From sequence record MZ234008.1: a stretch of DNA of 45,019 bases; one strand, written 5' to 3'. A program made the position numbers and the translations under genes. Positions within the stretch are counted from its first letter, which is position 1; every line of letters starts with the position of its first letter. Below the pieces are notes generated by a model. It saw nothing but the letters and a program-made list of their open reading frames with translations, was not told the DNA's origin and made no database searches. Positions 26,933 to 35,522 of this stretch are shown piece by piece. This DNA is from Escherichia phage vB_EcoS-22664B1.

Positions 26933-28975
26933 ATGGCAGCGGGTACACTATCCGTAACGAATAACAGCACCGCGGTGACTGGAGACGGCACAACGCTTAC
27001 CGCGCTGAAGGCTGGCGACTTCCTGTCGCTGGTAGTAGGGCAAGTCCCTTACACTATTGCTATTGCATCCATTGAGAGCGACACCGCGCTTACACTGGCG
27101 CTGCCGTTCGATGGCCCAACGGCAACCGGCCTCGCATGGGATAGCGTGGCGCGCGATACCATGTCCCTTGCAACGATGGGCGTAACCGTCCAGGCGCAGA
27201 AAGCACTACGCTTGATGATCGCGGATGAAAACAACTGGCGTGCAATCTTCGGCGACGCTGAAGAAGTCACGGTAACGCTGCCAAACGGGCAAGTTATGCA
27301 GGGAATGTCATGGGGCTACCTGTCATCCTTGTTGAAGGAAGTAGACCCCGTCGAAATGCGCGACCTGCAACAACAAGCCGCCGCATCGGAAGCCGCCGCG
27401 CTGGTGTCGCGCAATGAGGCCGAAGGCTTCAAGAACGATGCCAATGCCATCAAGACGCAGACCGACCAAATCAAGACTGACACGCAGGCAATCCACGACG
27501 CCACCAATACGATCAAGACGCAGACCGACCAGATTAAGACCGATACGCAGTCTATCAAGGACCAGACCGACCAGATTAAGACGGATACTGGCGTTATTCG
27601 CGATGAAGCCAATACTGCGAAGACTGACGCGCAAGCCGCCAGCACTGCCGCGCAGGGATTTCGCGATCAGGCCGAAGAATGGGCGCAAAGCGTAAACGCG
27701 GATAATCTGCTAACTAAATCCGGCAACCTTGCAGGCGTTGCCGATGTGCAGACGTCGCGCACCAACCTCGAACTGGGGGAGGGTAACGAGCCTATTTTTA
27801 AGGGTGCTCTCGCTGTTAAATCAGCCCCCGACACCGTATCGGCACAGGGCGGAATGTTCCAGTCTAAGCTAAAGAATAGCAACGGTGAGGACGTGGTAAC
27901 GACGCAAAGCTACGCAGAAACACAACTAGGGACCGGAAAGCACACGATCGGCGTAATCACGCCTTCGGGGGCACATTACTATCAACTCGACGTCGAAGGT
28001 AACTTTAACGGATTCAAGCGCCTGTCGTCTGCGCAGGGTGGCGAATTACTTCTGAACGGCGTCGATAGTAACACCGTGCAGCTACTGTCGCTTAACCCAC
28101 CAAAGCCGAACGACTATACCGGATTCACGCGGTATAACTGGCAAAATAGCGCGGTGTTTACCGGGCCGATTCGTCAGGGAGGGACGGGGCTTGAAGCCTA
28201 TGAGGTCTACGTCCTGAATGCTGGCGTGGCGGAATGGCGCTACCGGTTTAGACCCGATGGAAAGATGTCCGCCAGACGACTTATCGCCGAAGGTTTCCAG
28301 ACCGGCTGGGACCAGCCTAACAACTACGGGGACAGCGGTGTGTGGCTATCTGACGTCGGAAATAACGACGGCGGCTGGGTTCCTGCAATCTCCTGGCAGT
28401 CCCAATCAACCGGCGGTTACCCTATCCGCGCCACGTGGGGGCTTATCTCTCAGGGCACGGCGAACTGGCCCCGTGCGGCATTGCGATGCCGAGGGGATGG
28501 CGAAAACTGGACAAACTTCGAGTTCGTCGTTAACAGTTGCGATATCCAGGTCAGCGGTACATTCGGCGCGTACACATTTTCCAAAGCGCCTACGTCCGAC
28601 CGTGACCTGAAGCACGATATTAAGTACACGGAAGGGAAAGAAAGCTACGATCGAGTGATGCAGTGGCTTCCCACAATGTTTAAGTATAAAGGGTCGGAAA
28701 TCCAGCGCTATGGCCTTATCGCGCAGGACCTGGTGAAAATCGATCCGCAATACGTGAAGATTATCCCCGGCGCACTTAAAAACCCGGACCTCGTAGGGAC
28801 TGAAGGATTCAAAGCCGAAGACGGCGACTACTACGACGACACGCTGGCACTTGACAGCAACGTCATGTTAACAGATATGGCGTGCGCGATGGTCTTCATG
28901 GGGCGTAAAGTGGAAGATATGCAGAAAGAACTGGAGGAATTGAAAGCTGCCGTAGCGGCACTGACCAAAGCATAA
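26933..28975 (+). CDS. tail fibre with C-terminal intramolecular chaperone (peptidase S74-like) domain
   Basis: C-terminus SDRDLKHDIKY...YGLIAQDLVKIDPQYV matches the auto-cleaving chaperone domain seen in T5 L-shaped fibres and endosialidases; central TDQIKTDTQ repeats; start MAAGTLSV with GAGGA RBS-like sequence. Confidence 0.8.
   Translation: MAAGTLSVTNNSTAVTGDGTTLTALKAGDFLSLVVGQVPYTIAIASIESDTALTLALPFDGPTATGLAWDSVARDTMSLATMGVTVQAQKALRLMIADENNWRAIFGDAEEVTVTLPNGQVMQGMSWGYLSSLLKEVDPVEMRDLQQQAAASEAAALVSRNEAEGFKNDANAIKTQTDQIKTDTQAIHDATNTIKTQTDQIKTDTQSIKDQTDQIKTDTGVIRDEANTAKTDAQAASTAAQGFRDQAEEWAQSVNADNLLTKSGNLAGVADVQTSRTNLELGEGNEPIFKGALAVKSAPDTVSAQGGMFQSKLKNSNGEDVVTTQSYAETQLGTGKHTIGVITPSGAHYYQLDVEGNFNGFKRLSSAQGGELLLNGVDSNTVQLLSLNPPKPNDYTGFTRYNWQNSAVFTGPIRQGGTGLEAYEVYVLNAGVAEWRYRFRPDGKMSARRLIAEGFQTGWDQPNNYGDSGVWLSDVGNNDGGWVPAISWQSQSTGGYPIRATWGLISQGTANWPRAALRCRGDGENWTNFEFVVNSCDIQVSGTFGAYTFSKAPTSDRDLKHDIKYTEGKESYDRVMQWLPTMFKYKGSEIQRYGLIAQDLVKIDPQYVKIIPGALKNPDLVGTEGFKAEDGDYYDDTLALDSNVMLTDMACAMVFMGRKVEDMQKELEELKAAVAALTKA
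27447..27590. repeat. imperfect tandem repeats inside tail fibre gene (cagaccgaccagattaagaccgatacg units)
   Basis: Three to four nucleotide repeats encoding (A/T)IKTQTDQIKTDTQ. Confidence 0.7.
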
Positions 28976-28980
28976 TTAGA

Positions 28981-29004
28981 AGGGGCCGTACGGCCCCTTT
29001 TTTA
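28981..29004 (+). terminator. rho-independent terminator (aggggccg ta cggcccct + T-run)
   Basis: Perfect stem-loop plus T6; the - strand gene 29002..29577 ends here. Confidence 0.7.
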
Positions 29005-29577
29005 GTTTGAGTTTTCCCAATCCATTTTGCGCCGCACCAGCGGACTCTCATAATATTCCTTGCCTTCTACTTCCACCAACGGCCAATCGTTCACGATTAC
29101 GTACGGTTCCGCAATATCCTCAATCACGCCGTGCGCGCTATGTTGTCCGAACGATACACCCACCAGGATAACACCGGCAACTCGACGGGTTAGATACTCG
29201 CGAGCGCAACGGGCTTCTACCAGTCCGCGACGGATGCCGCTGGTGGCTTTGACCTCGTAGGTCCAGACGGCGTCAATCATGTGCTCACGGAAGTCGGGGC
29301 CGGACTTAACCTTGCGCTTACCGACCATTATAATATCGCCGCGGTCGATAGTATTGGCGCTAAACAGGCCGGTACGCATAAGTAAGCCTTGCGGAATACA
29401 ACTGCGTCCGCCTGCCTGCCCTTCAAGGTACATGCCCGCAAACATCTCGCCCAGCACACCGACAAGACGGCTTTGCTTGCACGCGTCAGACTTTAAGCGC
29501 CACTGGTCAAACTCGACGCTTGCTAACATTGCCGCGATGTGGAATTGTTTACCGGTTATTTCGTATTCGCCGTACAT
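29002..29577 (-). CDS. hypothetical protein (191 aa)
   Basis: Intact ORF, last gene of leftward operon; no motif recognised. Confidence 0.5.
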   Translation of the reverse strand: MYGEYEITGKQFHIAAMLASVEFDQWRLKSDACKQSRLVGVLGEMFAGMYLEGQAGGRSCIPQGLLMRTGLFSANTIDRGDIIMVGKRKVKSGPDFREHMIDAVWTYEVKATSGIRRGLVEARCAREYLTRRVAGVILVGVSFGQHSAHGVIEDIAEPYVIVNDWPLVEVEGKEYYESPLVRRKMDWENSN

Positions 29578-29619
29578 TGTGAAGTCCTCATTGCTGCGGG
29601 CCGAAGCCCGCTATTAGAA

Positions 29620-30142
29620 TTATTTAAGTGCGCTAGTCACCAGTGTTTTTTCCATGTTGCGGAAGTCTTCCGGCGTCATGAGAATTTTGGACCCATCCTC
29701 GCCAGTGAGCACGACCATAGGCTGGACTTCTTGATCTACCACACCGAAATTGGCGGCGTTAACCATCTTGCCAGCAGATGACGAAGGATGCCACGCACCG
29801 GCAATGTCAAGGGGCCAACCCTTGAGGCTGTCGAATTGCGCTGCCGTTGTATCGATCTGAATCTCATCATGCACGGTCATGTGCGACTCACCCAGTAGTG
29901 CGGCATACGCAACCAGGTCAACAATATTGTCTTCCTGGTGCTTACGGTGCTGGCGCACCAGCTTCAGGCAGATCAGGAAGGTCCAGGCTTCTTGCTCTGT
30001 AAGGTCGCGACCGGTAAGCGCGTTAAACACGGCAGCGATTTGCTTCGCGCTGCGTTCTTCTTTCGCGTTATCATAGCCGTTCTCTTTCCCGCGCTGTTCC
30101 ATAGTGGTGGCGGCGTTCTTGCAGTATTCAAATGCTTTCATG
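29620..30142 (-). CDS. hypothetical protein (174 aa)
   Basis: Start MKAFEY with AAAAGGAAAA upstream; preceded by putative promoter 30187-30216. Confidence 0.5.
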
Positions 30143-30186
30143 ATGTTTTCCTTTTTAGTGGGGGCCGGATTGCCCCCGACGAGATA

Positions 30187-30216
30187 ACTATAGTGCAACC
30201 AACCTATTGGTTGCAA
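30187..30216 (-). promoter_or_regulatory. putative sigma70-like promoter (-35 TTGCAA, 18-nt spacer, -10 TATAGT) overlapping palindrome TGCAACCAA-ccta-TTGGTTGCA
   Basis: Read on - strand; perfect 9-bp inverted repeat at 30194-30216 inside the spacer region. Confidence 0.4.
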
Positions 30217-30674
30217 GTAAATTTTGCTACGTTTATAGAATAAATTTTAGGGACCAGATCGCTGCACGCCCGACGGATGGCTTCGATATTCTTCGGGCAG
30301 TCTTCAATGATGACCAGTTCCGACACGTCCGCATAGCACACCATTTTGAACACAGCGCACGCCTTAAACTCTGGCGGAGGGGTGTCGTCCAGCATGTGGC
30401 GCATGAACAACCGGCCCGTCGGGAATACTTCCAATTGCTTGGCGGTCGTGTCCCAGCATTCGCGCTGCCGGTTAGTCAGATACGCTATCTCGAAGCCTTG
30501 CTCTTTGTACATGCGCAGCAGCGGCAGCATATCCATGTTAAGGTCTTCGCGTACGTGTGCTTTGTGCCACTTCGCCCAAAAGGTTGATTTGGTTTTTATG
30601 CCGGGCACCAGGTCAGCACGCGCATCACTTGAACCATTAATAACGCCATCCAGATCACAAATCAGTAGTTTCAT
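30204..30674 (-). CDS. HAD-superfamily phosphatase-like protein
   Basis: N-terminal motif LICDLDGVIN (DxDG), later LTNR and C-terminal Asp-containing segments typical of HAD phosphatases/nucleotidases. Confidence 0.5.
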   Translation of the reverse strand: MKLLICDLDGVINGSSDARADLVPGIKTKSTFWAKWHKAHVREDLNMDMLPLLRMYKEQGFEIAYLTNRQRECWDTTAKQLEVFPTGRLFMRHMLDDTPPPEFKACAVFKMVCYADVSELVIIEDCPKNIEAIRRACSDLVPKIYSINVAKFTCNQ

Positions 30675-30895
30675 TTTAAGCTCTCAATAAGGGTGTAGCG
30701 GGCGCTTCGCGCAGTAACGGAGTTGCATACAAAATGGCAACGCTTGGTTATGACAAGCCAGCCGGTGAGGTCCAGGCCCAGGATGTATTCCGGGCGGCTG
30801 GCGCGCATCACTCGGTCGCGGCGCGGGTCAATGATGAAGTCCCTTTGCATTTGGTCCACTACCGCGGGGTCGCGGTCAACGATTAAGATATTCAT
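30671..30895 (-). CDS. hypothetical protein (74 aa)
   Basis: ORF with overlapping stop/start couplings to both neighbours. Confidence 0.4.
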   Translation of the reverse strand: MNILIVDRDPAVVDQMQRDFIIDPRRDRVMRASRPEYILGLDLTGWLVITKRCHFVCNSVTARSARYTLIESLK

Positions 30896-31361
30896 GTAGT
30901 TCTCTCTCGCTCATTATTTCAATTTGTGCGCTGCCGATGGGCGGCGCTTCGTCAAATATTATCAATTGCTGGCACTTGTTATTGCTCGGCCCAACTTCGC
31001 CGGTCACAGCATGGATAAATCGCACACGCCAGTCCAGAAGAATTATCATATTGGCAGTCTTCCGGGCCAGCTTCGCCCACTTCGTTGACGTGTCCTGATT
31101 CAGTAGCATGACAGTACGGCGTCCGTGCGCAGCGCACTCGACCCACGGCAGCGGATCGGAGTACGGCGGGTTGCACCACTTCCACCCTTTCAACTCTGAC
31201 CAGTCCGCATCAAGCGCGCTATGCTCTGCCGTGAAGTAGCGCGGTAGCAGGTGATTGGCGTCGCTTGCAGCCATATCGTAACGAAATCGGTACTTACGGC
31301 GCAGCGGTTTAAATAAAGCTGGCGGAGTGCGCCAGCTATCCTTTTGCTCACTCTTCTGCAT
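30876..31361 (-). CDS. DNA N6-adenine methyltransferase (phage Dam-like)
   Basis: Motifs WRTPP.LF, RF.YDMAAS..N, YFT and CNPPYS match the phage N6-adenine methyltransferase family (motif IV NPPY). Confidence 0.75.
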   Translation of the reverse strand: MQKSEQKDSWRTPPALFKPLRRKYRFRYDMAASDANHLLPRYFTAEHSALDADWSELKGWKWCNPPYSDPLPWVECAAHGRRTVMLLNQDTSTKWAKLARKTANMIILLDWRVRFIHAVTGEVGPSNNKCQQLIIFDEAPPIGSAQIEIMSERELHEYLNR

Positions 31362-31812
31362 GGTCGGTGTCTATCGCGTAAAGGGCAATCTTTTCCCCTT
31401 TCTTCAGGATTCGCTGCAATCGCTGCGTCTCCGACACCCCCAAAGGGCGCGCGTCCGGGTAGAAGTTGCCGTTTGTTGGGTGTCGCCACGCCATAAGCAC
31501 CAGGTCTTTACGGGCGACCGCGGACTGGCGGCCCTTCGGACGCACGTACGCCTCGGCACGTTTGCAATGCTCACGCAGACCTTCAGCCGTCATGCGATTA
31601 AGCACCGCGGTGGTTGTGTATCCGGTGCGCTGCATAATCCCCATCAGTTCGAACAGCAGTTCGAAGCGCTCCTCTAACTCCTTGCGCACCTTCTCCTCAC
31701 CTTCATAGCTCGCAAGGTAGGTGTCTGCCAGCGCGTTCGCGCGTTCGGCCTGTTCGCGGGCTTCGAGGCACTGCGCGGCCCAGTAATTTTTCTCTTCTTG
31801 TAAAATTTTCAT
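31348..31812 (-). CDS. hypothetical protein (154 aa, coiled-coil-like N-terminus)
   Basis: Intact ORF in operon. Confidence 0.45.
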   Translation of the reverse strand: MKILQEEKNYWAAQCLEAREQAERANALADTYLASYEGEEKVRKELEERFELLFELMGIMQRTGYTTTAVLNRMTAEGLREHCKRAEAYVRPKGRQSAVARKDLVLMAWRHPTNGNFYPDARPLGVSETQRLQRILKKGEKIALYAIDTDHAEE

Positions 31813-32055
31813 TTATTTAAGCTCCGTAGTGCGGATTTCATCGCGTGGGATAAATTTGCCGTCCATCTCTACCCAGCAAACACCGTAGCGCCATTGGGTA
31901 TTACGGCCTGTTTGCTCGGCGTACACGGTCTGGCATTCGTAGCGGTCGACGTAGTAAATAGCCGTAGAAGGGATACCAATACAACCGGCAAACATGAGGG
32001 TTAGTATTACCCAAAATCGAAGGTCGCCATCGTAGTCGAAAAACAATGATTTCAT
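31813..32055 (-). CDS. small membrane protein (80 aa)
   Basis: Start MKSLFF with GGAGAC RBS-like sequence; hydrophobic helix FWVILTLMFAGCIGI. Confidence 0.45.
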   Translation of the reverse strand: MKSLFFDYDGDLRFWVILTLMFAGCIGIPSTAIYYVDRYECQTVYAEQTGRNTQWRYGVCWVEMDGKFIPRDEIRTTELK

Positions 32056-32073
32056 CGTAATGTCTCCAGGTAT

Positions 32074-32101
32074 TAAAAAGGGCGTCCAACCGGACACCCT
32101 T
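32074..32101 (-). terminator. putative - strand terminator/attenuator hairpin (gggtgtcc ggtt ggacgccc + U-run)
   Basis: Hairpin followed by T-run when read on - strand; lies between genes 32136..32459 and 31813..32055. Confidence 0.35.
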
Positions 32102-32135
32102 AAGATAATGCAACCAATCTAATTACGCAACCAAT

Positions 32136-32459
32136 TTATTCATAAAAATTTGGGTCGCGCGCTACGTCTACCAGATACAAGTTGCTCATGCGGTTGCCGT
32201 AGTGCCCTGGCGTGCGCTGGCGGCACACAACGGCGAAACCTGGAGGGATTGTATTGCCCGTCTCGATAATCCACGCCACGCGCGCGCCAGACAGCGTCTT
32301 GCCGTTGCATTCGATACGCGTACCGCCATCGGCAGTGTTAAGGTTGCCAATCTTGCAGCCGGTAGACTTCAGACGGATGACGCCGGTCTTACTGTCGTAG
32401 GTGAATAGTTGGTTAGTCATTGCTACCGAGAAGTCGATGGCTTCGAATGTAGTATTCAT
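32136..32459 (-). CDS. HNH-like endonuclease (putative)
   Basis: Motif ...ARVAWIIETGNTIPPGFAVV...GNRMSNLYLV resembles the HNH/AP2-type homing endonuclease pattern (G..IP.G..V.H.DG...NN...NL.LV) but lacks a clear His-Asp pair. Confidence 0.35.
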   Translation of the reverse strand: MNTTFEAIDFSVAMTNQLFTYDSKTGVIRLKSTGCKIGNLNTADGGTRIECNGKTLSGARVAWIIETGNTIPPGFAVVCRQRTPGHYGNRMSNLYLVDVARDPNFYE

Positions 32460-33151
32460 TTTAAATTTTCCTCATTGACTGCAATTGCGAAGCCGCGCGG
32501 AGTGAGCGACCGGATTAATTTGGTGCGGGCAGATTTGCCACCGAGGCGACTATACTGCTTCGAGTACCCTTTTTCAACGAATACCGGCTTTTTCTCCGGC
32601 ATACGAAAGCCATTGCCGGTCCATAAACAGGTCAGCTTTGGATATGAATCGCGGTCGTTGATGTATTCCGGGAACAACGGATGTACGTCATCCTCCGGCA
32701 GATAGCCGCCATACTCCCACGGATCAAACGAGTGGTCTGGCTTGCGCCACTGGGTGGATAGCACACTGCGCGGATTCTCAATCATATATGGCACTTCAAA
32801 GAAGTCACCCAGGTAAGCGGCAATCTTCGCGGTGCGCACTGCCTTAAGCTGAAAGGCGGGGTCTTTCGCACGCTTGCACGGGAAAGCTGTCGCACCGCTC
32901 ACCGCCAGATCCGTACACGGCGGAAACGCGTAGATAATATCCGGCGTGCCGAAATCGCCATTCATCGCGCGGTCCACGAAGTCCAGATCGATAAACTCGT
33001 TACGATAGCGGATACCGCGACCATAAATCCGGTAGTCAAGGTAAGACCCGTGATCGGCTTCCGAGTAGTTGAAACAGTAGCATTTATGCCCCATCTCGGC
33101 AGCGCGCTCTATCATCAAGCCGCTGCCGTCAAATAATGACCAGATAATCAC
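32456..33151 (-). CDS. DNA cytosine-C5 methyltransferase-like protein (putative, short)
   Basis: Motif I-like SLFDGSG, motif IV-like FPPC, motif VI-like ENP; only 231 aa, so domain completeness is uncertain. Confidence 0.4.
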   Translation of the reverse strand: MIIWSLFDGSGLMIERAAEMGHKCYCFNYSEADHGSYLDYRIYGRGIRYRNEFIDLDFVDRAMNGDFGTPDIIYAFPPCTDLAVSGATAFPCKRAKDPAFQLKAVRTAKIAAYLGDFFEVPYMIENPRSVLSTQWRKPDHSFDPWEYGGYLPEDDVHPLFPEYINDRDSYPKLTCLWTGNGFRMPEKKPVFVEKGYSKQYSRLGGKSARTKLIRSLTPRGFAIAVNEENLK

Positions 33152-34572
33152 TTGCGCACCTTCTTAGCTTTCATGTATTCCATCAAGTCGTCCTGGATGT
33201 CGCGCTTACCATCGCGGCGGTCCGCCACCAGTTCGTCCAGTGTCCCGCGTGCCTGGATAATATAGACGAATACCGGTCGAGGGTGCCCGGCTTGCATCTG
33301 GCGAACTGGCCCGATACGCTCCACGATCTGCGCAAAGTGCTCATAGTTCCACGTATCCGAGAAGATAGCCAGGTGATGACCGCCGTCCTGCAAGTTAAGG
33401 CCGTGACCAGCCGATGCCGGGTGTGCGAACATGATGGGAATCTCTCCCCTGTTCCACGCTTCCATATCCTTATTGCCCTGCTTACCCTTACCCATCGCAA
33501 CGCCGTGGGGAAACTTCTTCTTCAGACGTGCCAGGTCGTGCTTGTACTGGTACGCAACGAGCAACGGCGCTCCGTTCAACTCCTCTACGATACTTTCCAG
33601 CGCGTCCAGCTTGGCGTCGTGAATCTTCTCCCACTCGTCGGTCCGCTCTCCGTCTTCGTCCACCTTATACACGGCACCGGATGCAAGCTGAAGGCACTTG
33701 ATGGTCTTAGCCGCAGCGTTCGCCGCTTCCACTGTTCCGCTTTCCAGTTCGGCAAATAGCTCACTCTCAAACTGGTCATAAATCTTGCGGGCTTTCTTCG
33801 GCAGGTCCACGACAACCGGCGTGTAGATTGGCTTGTCACATCCGAAGTATTCAGCCGCGTCCACGGTAAGGGATACATCGGACAGGCGCTGTTGGATCTC
33901 CTTCTCGGAGTTCTTTAGCGGGGCGTGCTGCATAGTGAAGCTGCCTGGCTTAACAGGCTTGCTAATAAACCAGCGATCGGTGAATGCCTTATAGCTACTG
34001 CCGAGTCGTTCGCCACCGTCGACAAACCACGTCTGGCCCCATAGGTCTTTCAGTCCGTTTGGTGCTGGTGTGCCGGTCAGGTTAATCCAGCGCCTGACGT
34101 GCTTATGTGCGATCGCCGCCAGTGCGCGTGCGCGCTTACTGCCTTGCTTGCTGCGATAGCCTTTCAGCTTAGTGGATTCATCGGCAACAACGACCGTAAA
34201 AGGCCACTCGTCGCCGCAATACTCGACAAGCCACTCAACAACATCGTAGTTGACACAAACCACGTTAGCGTTGCTCTCAAGCGCCGCAATGCGGTCCTTC
34301 TCTGGCCCGGTGCCGTCTACTACCAGCAGGGCGGGGAATCTCCATTTTTCTTGTTCCGGGGGCCACGTACCGGACGCAACGCGCAGCGGGGCCAGCACCA
34401 GTACGCGGTCCTCCTGGTTGGACAGGATGCCAGTCTGGAACATTTTGTTTAGCGCCCACATAGTCGCGCCGGTTTTACCGGACCCCATTGTCGCCCAAAT
34501 ATTGCAGCGCTCATGCTTGAGAATAAACGCGGTTATCAATTTCTGATATTCGCGACGTCGGAATCGTGCCAT
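33148..34572 (-). CDS. SNF2/SF2-family helicase (ATPase)
   Basis: Walker A ATMGSGKTG, DExx-like VVADESTKLKG, C-terminal helicase motifs HGLNLQ and QIVERIGPVRQ; start taken as MARFRRREYQ. Confidence 0.8.
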   Translation of the reverse strand: MARFRRREYQKLITAFILKHERCNIWATMGSGKTGATMWALNKMFQTGILSNQEDRVLVLAPLRVASGTWPPEQEKWRFPALLVVDGTGPEKDRIAALESNANVVCVNYDVVEWLVEYCGDEWPFTVVVADESTKLKGYRSKQGSKRARALAAIAHKHVRRWINLTGTPAPNGLKDLWGQTWFVDGGERLGSSYKAFTDRWFISKPVKPGSFTMQHAPLKNSEKEIQQRLSDVSLTVDAAEYFGCDKPIYTPVVVDLPKKARKIYDQFESELFAELESGTVEAANAAAKTIKCLQLASGAVYKVDEDGERTDEWEKIHDAKLDALESIVEELNGAPLLVAYQYKHDLARLKKKFPHGVAMGKGKQGNKDMEAWNRGEIPIMFAHPASAGHGLNLQDGGHHLAIFSDTWNYEHFAQIVERIGPVRQMQAGHPRPVFVYIIQARGTLDELVADRRDGKRDIQDDLMEYMKAKKVRK

Positions 34573-34576
34573 ATCT

Positions 34577-34801
34577 TTATTCCGCCTTTTTCCAGACTTC
34601 GGTTTCACTGTTCCAATTCCTCTTTGTGGCGTCGTAGTTGGTGGCGTGTCCAATGTGCACACCGGTCGCGCGGAAGCTCTTAAACTTCTGCCAGCACACT
34701 GTCAACGGCAGCGGGTAATTCATGCCTGCGATAAACCATACGCGATCGCCAGGTTTGCACTCGCCCAGCTTGGTGAGTCGGTAATGTTCTTTCATCGTCA
34801 T
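34577..34801 (-). CDS. hypothetical protein (74 aa)
   Basis: Intact ORF in operon. Confidence 0.4.
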   Translation of the reverse strand: MTMKEHYRLTKLGECKPGDRVWFIAGMNYPLPLTVCWQKFKSFRATGVHIGHATNYDATKRNWNSETEVWKKAE

Positions 34802-34837
34802 GCCTCCAAAAATGGCGGGACAAGCCCGCCGTATTGA

Positions 34838-35011
34838 TTATTCTTGTTCTGCGCGATAGCGGCGCTGCCGTTCACGTTCTTTCTTATTGCGGCACGATTT
34901 GCACTCGGCCCGATGCCCGTCTGGACTGCGCGCAGTCTTTCCGGTGTATTTGTGGAACTGGGATAGCGGCTTGATGCATCCGCAATTACTACAACGTTTT
35001 TCTTCAATCAT
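34838..35011 (-). CDS. small zinc-ribbon-like protein (CxxC...CxxC)
   Basis: Start MIEEKRCSNCGC...; two Cys pairs (CSNCGC and CKSCRN) and basic C-terminus. Confidence 0.4.
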   Translation of the reverse strand: MIEEKRCSNCGCIKPLSQFHKYTGKTARSPDGHRAECKSCRNKKERERQRRYRAEQE

Positions 35012-35051
35012 TTCTAAAATCCTCGATAGGGCTAACCGGCACACTATACCG

Positions 35052-35330
35052 CTACGCGACCAATTCAGCAACCAATAAATCGCAGTCGGCTATGTTGTCA
35101 ATAACGCGAACGTCAGCACCGCGGCGGGCCATTCGCTCATGTTCTCGCACCTGGTGCGGCTTCGGTTTTCCTCCGGGGCGCTTCACTTCGACGAATACTA
35201 TGATGCCGTTGATGATAATAATCAGGTCGGGCGCACCTGCGCGCCCCTCCCATGCCAGCTTGCGGCAGAATCCGCCAACCTCTTTCACCCGTCGCATCAG
35301 GTGACTTTGAATCTTGCCTTCTGGTGTCAT
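35052..35330 (-). CDS. VRR-NUC domain nuclease
   Basis: Motif GAPDLIIIINGIIVFVEVKRPGGKPKPHQ matches the VRR-NUC signature (PDL ... E.K ... Q). Confidence 0.6.
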   Translation of the reverse strand: MTPEGKIQSHLMRRVKEVGGFCRKLAWEGRAGAPDLIIIINGIIVFVEVKRPGGKPKPHQVREHERMARRGADVRVIDNIADCDLLVAELVA

Positions 35331-35518
35331 TTGGTTTGCAACTCCACGTTACGCAGACGTAGATCTACCGGTATGTCAGATCTACCGGTTAGCGCCAGCG
35401 CCAGGTTTTCAGGCGTGACAAGTGCCGTGATGGTCTTGCCACGTTCCAGTCTAAGGACGATGCGAATCTCGTCATCGTCCGTCGCGCCAGCGCGCATTAT
35501 GCTTAATTCTGCTTTCAT
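35327..35518 (-). CDS. hypothetical protein (63 aa)
   Basis: Start MKAELSIM with AGGAAGT RBS-like sequence; between DNA polymerase and VRR-NUC. Confidence 0.4.
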   Translation of the reverse strand: MKAELSIMRAGATDDDEIRIVLRLERGKTITALVTPENLALALTGRSDIPVDLRLRNVELQTK

Positions 35519-35522
35519 AATC

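Noticed and set aside
29620-30142. Assigning 29620..30142 as a MazG-like nucleotide pyrophosphohydrolase
   Set aside because: I could not find the EExxE...ExxD signature by eye; left as hypothetical pending a profile search.
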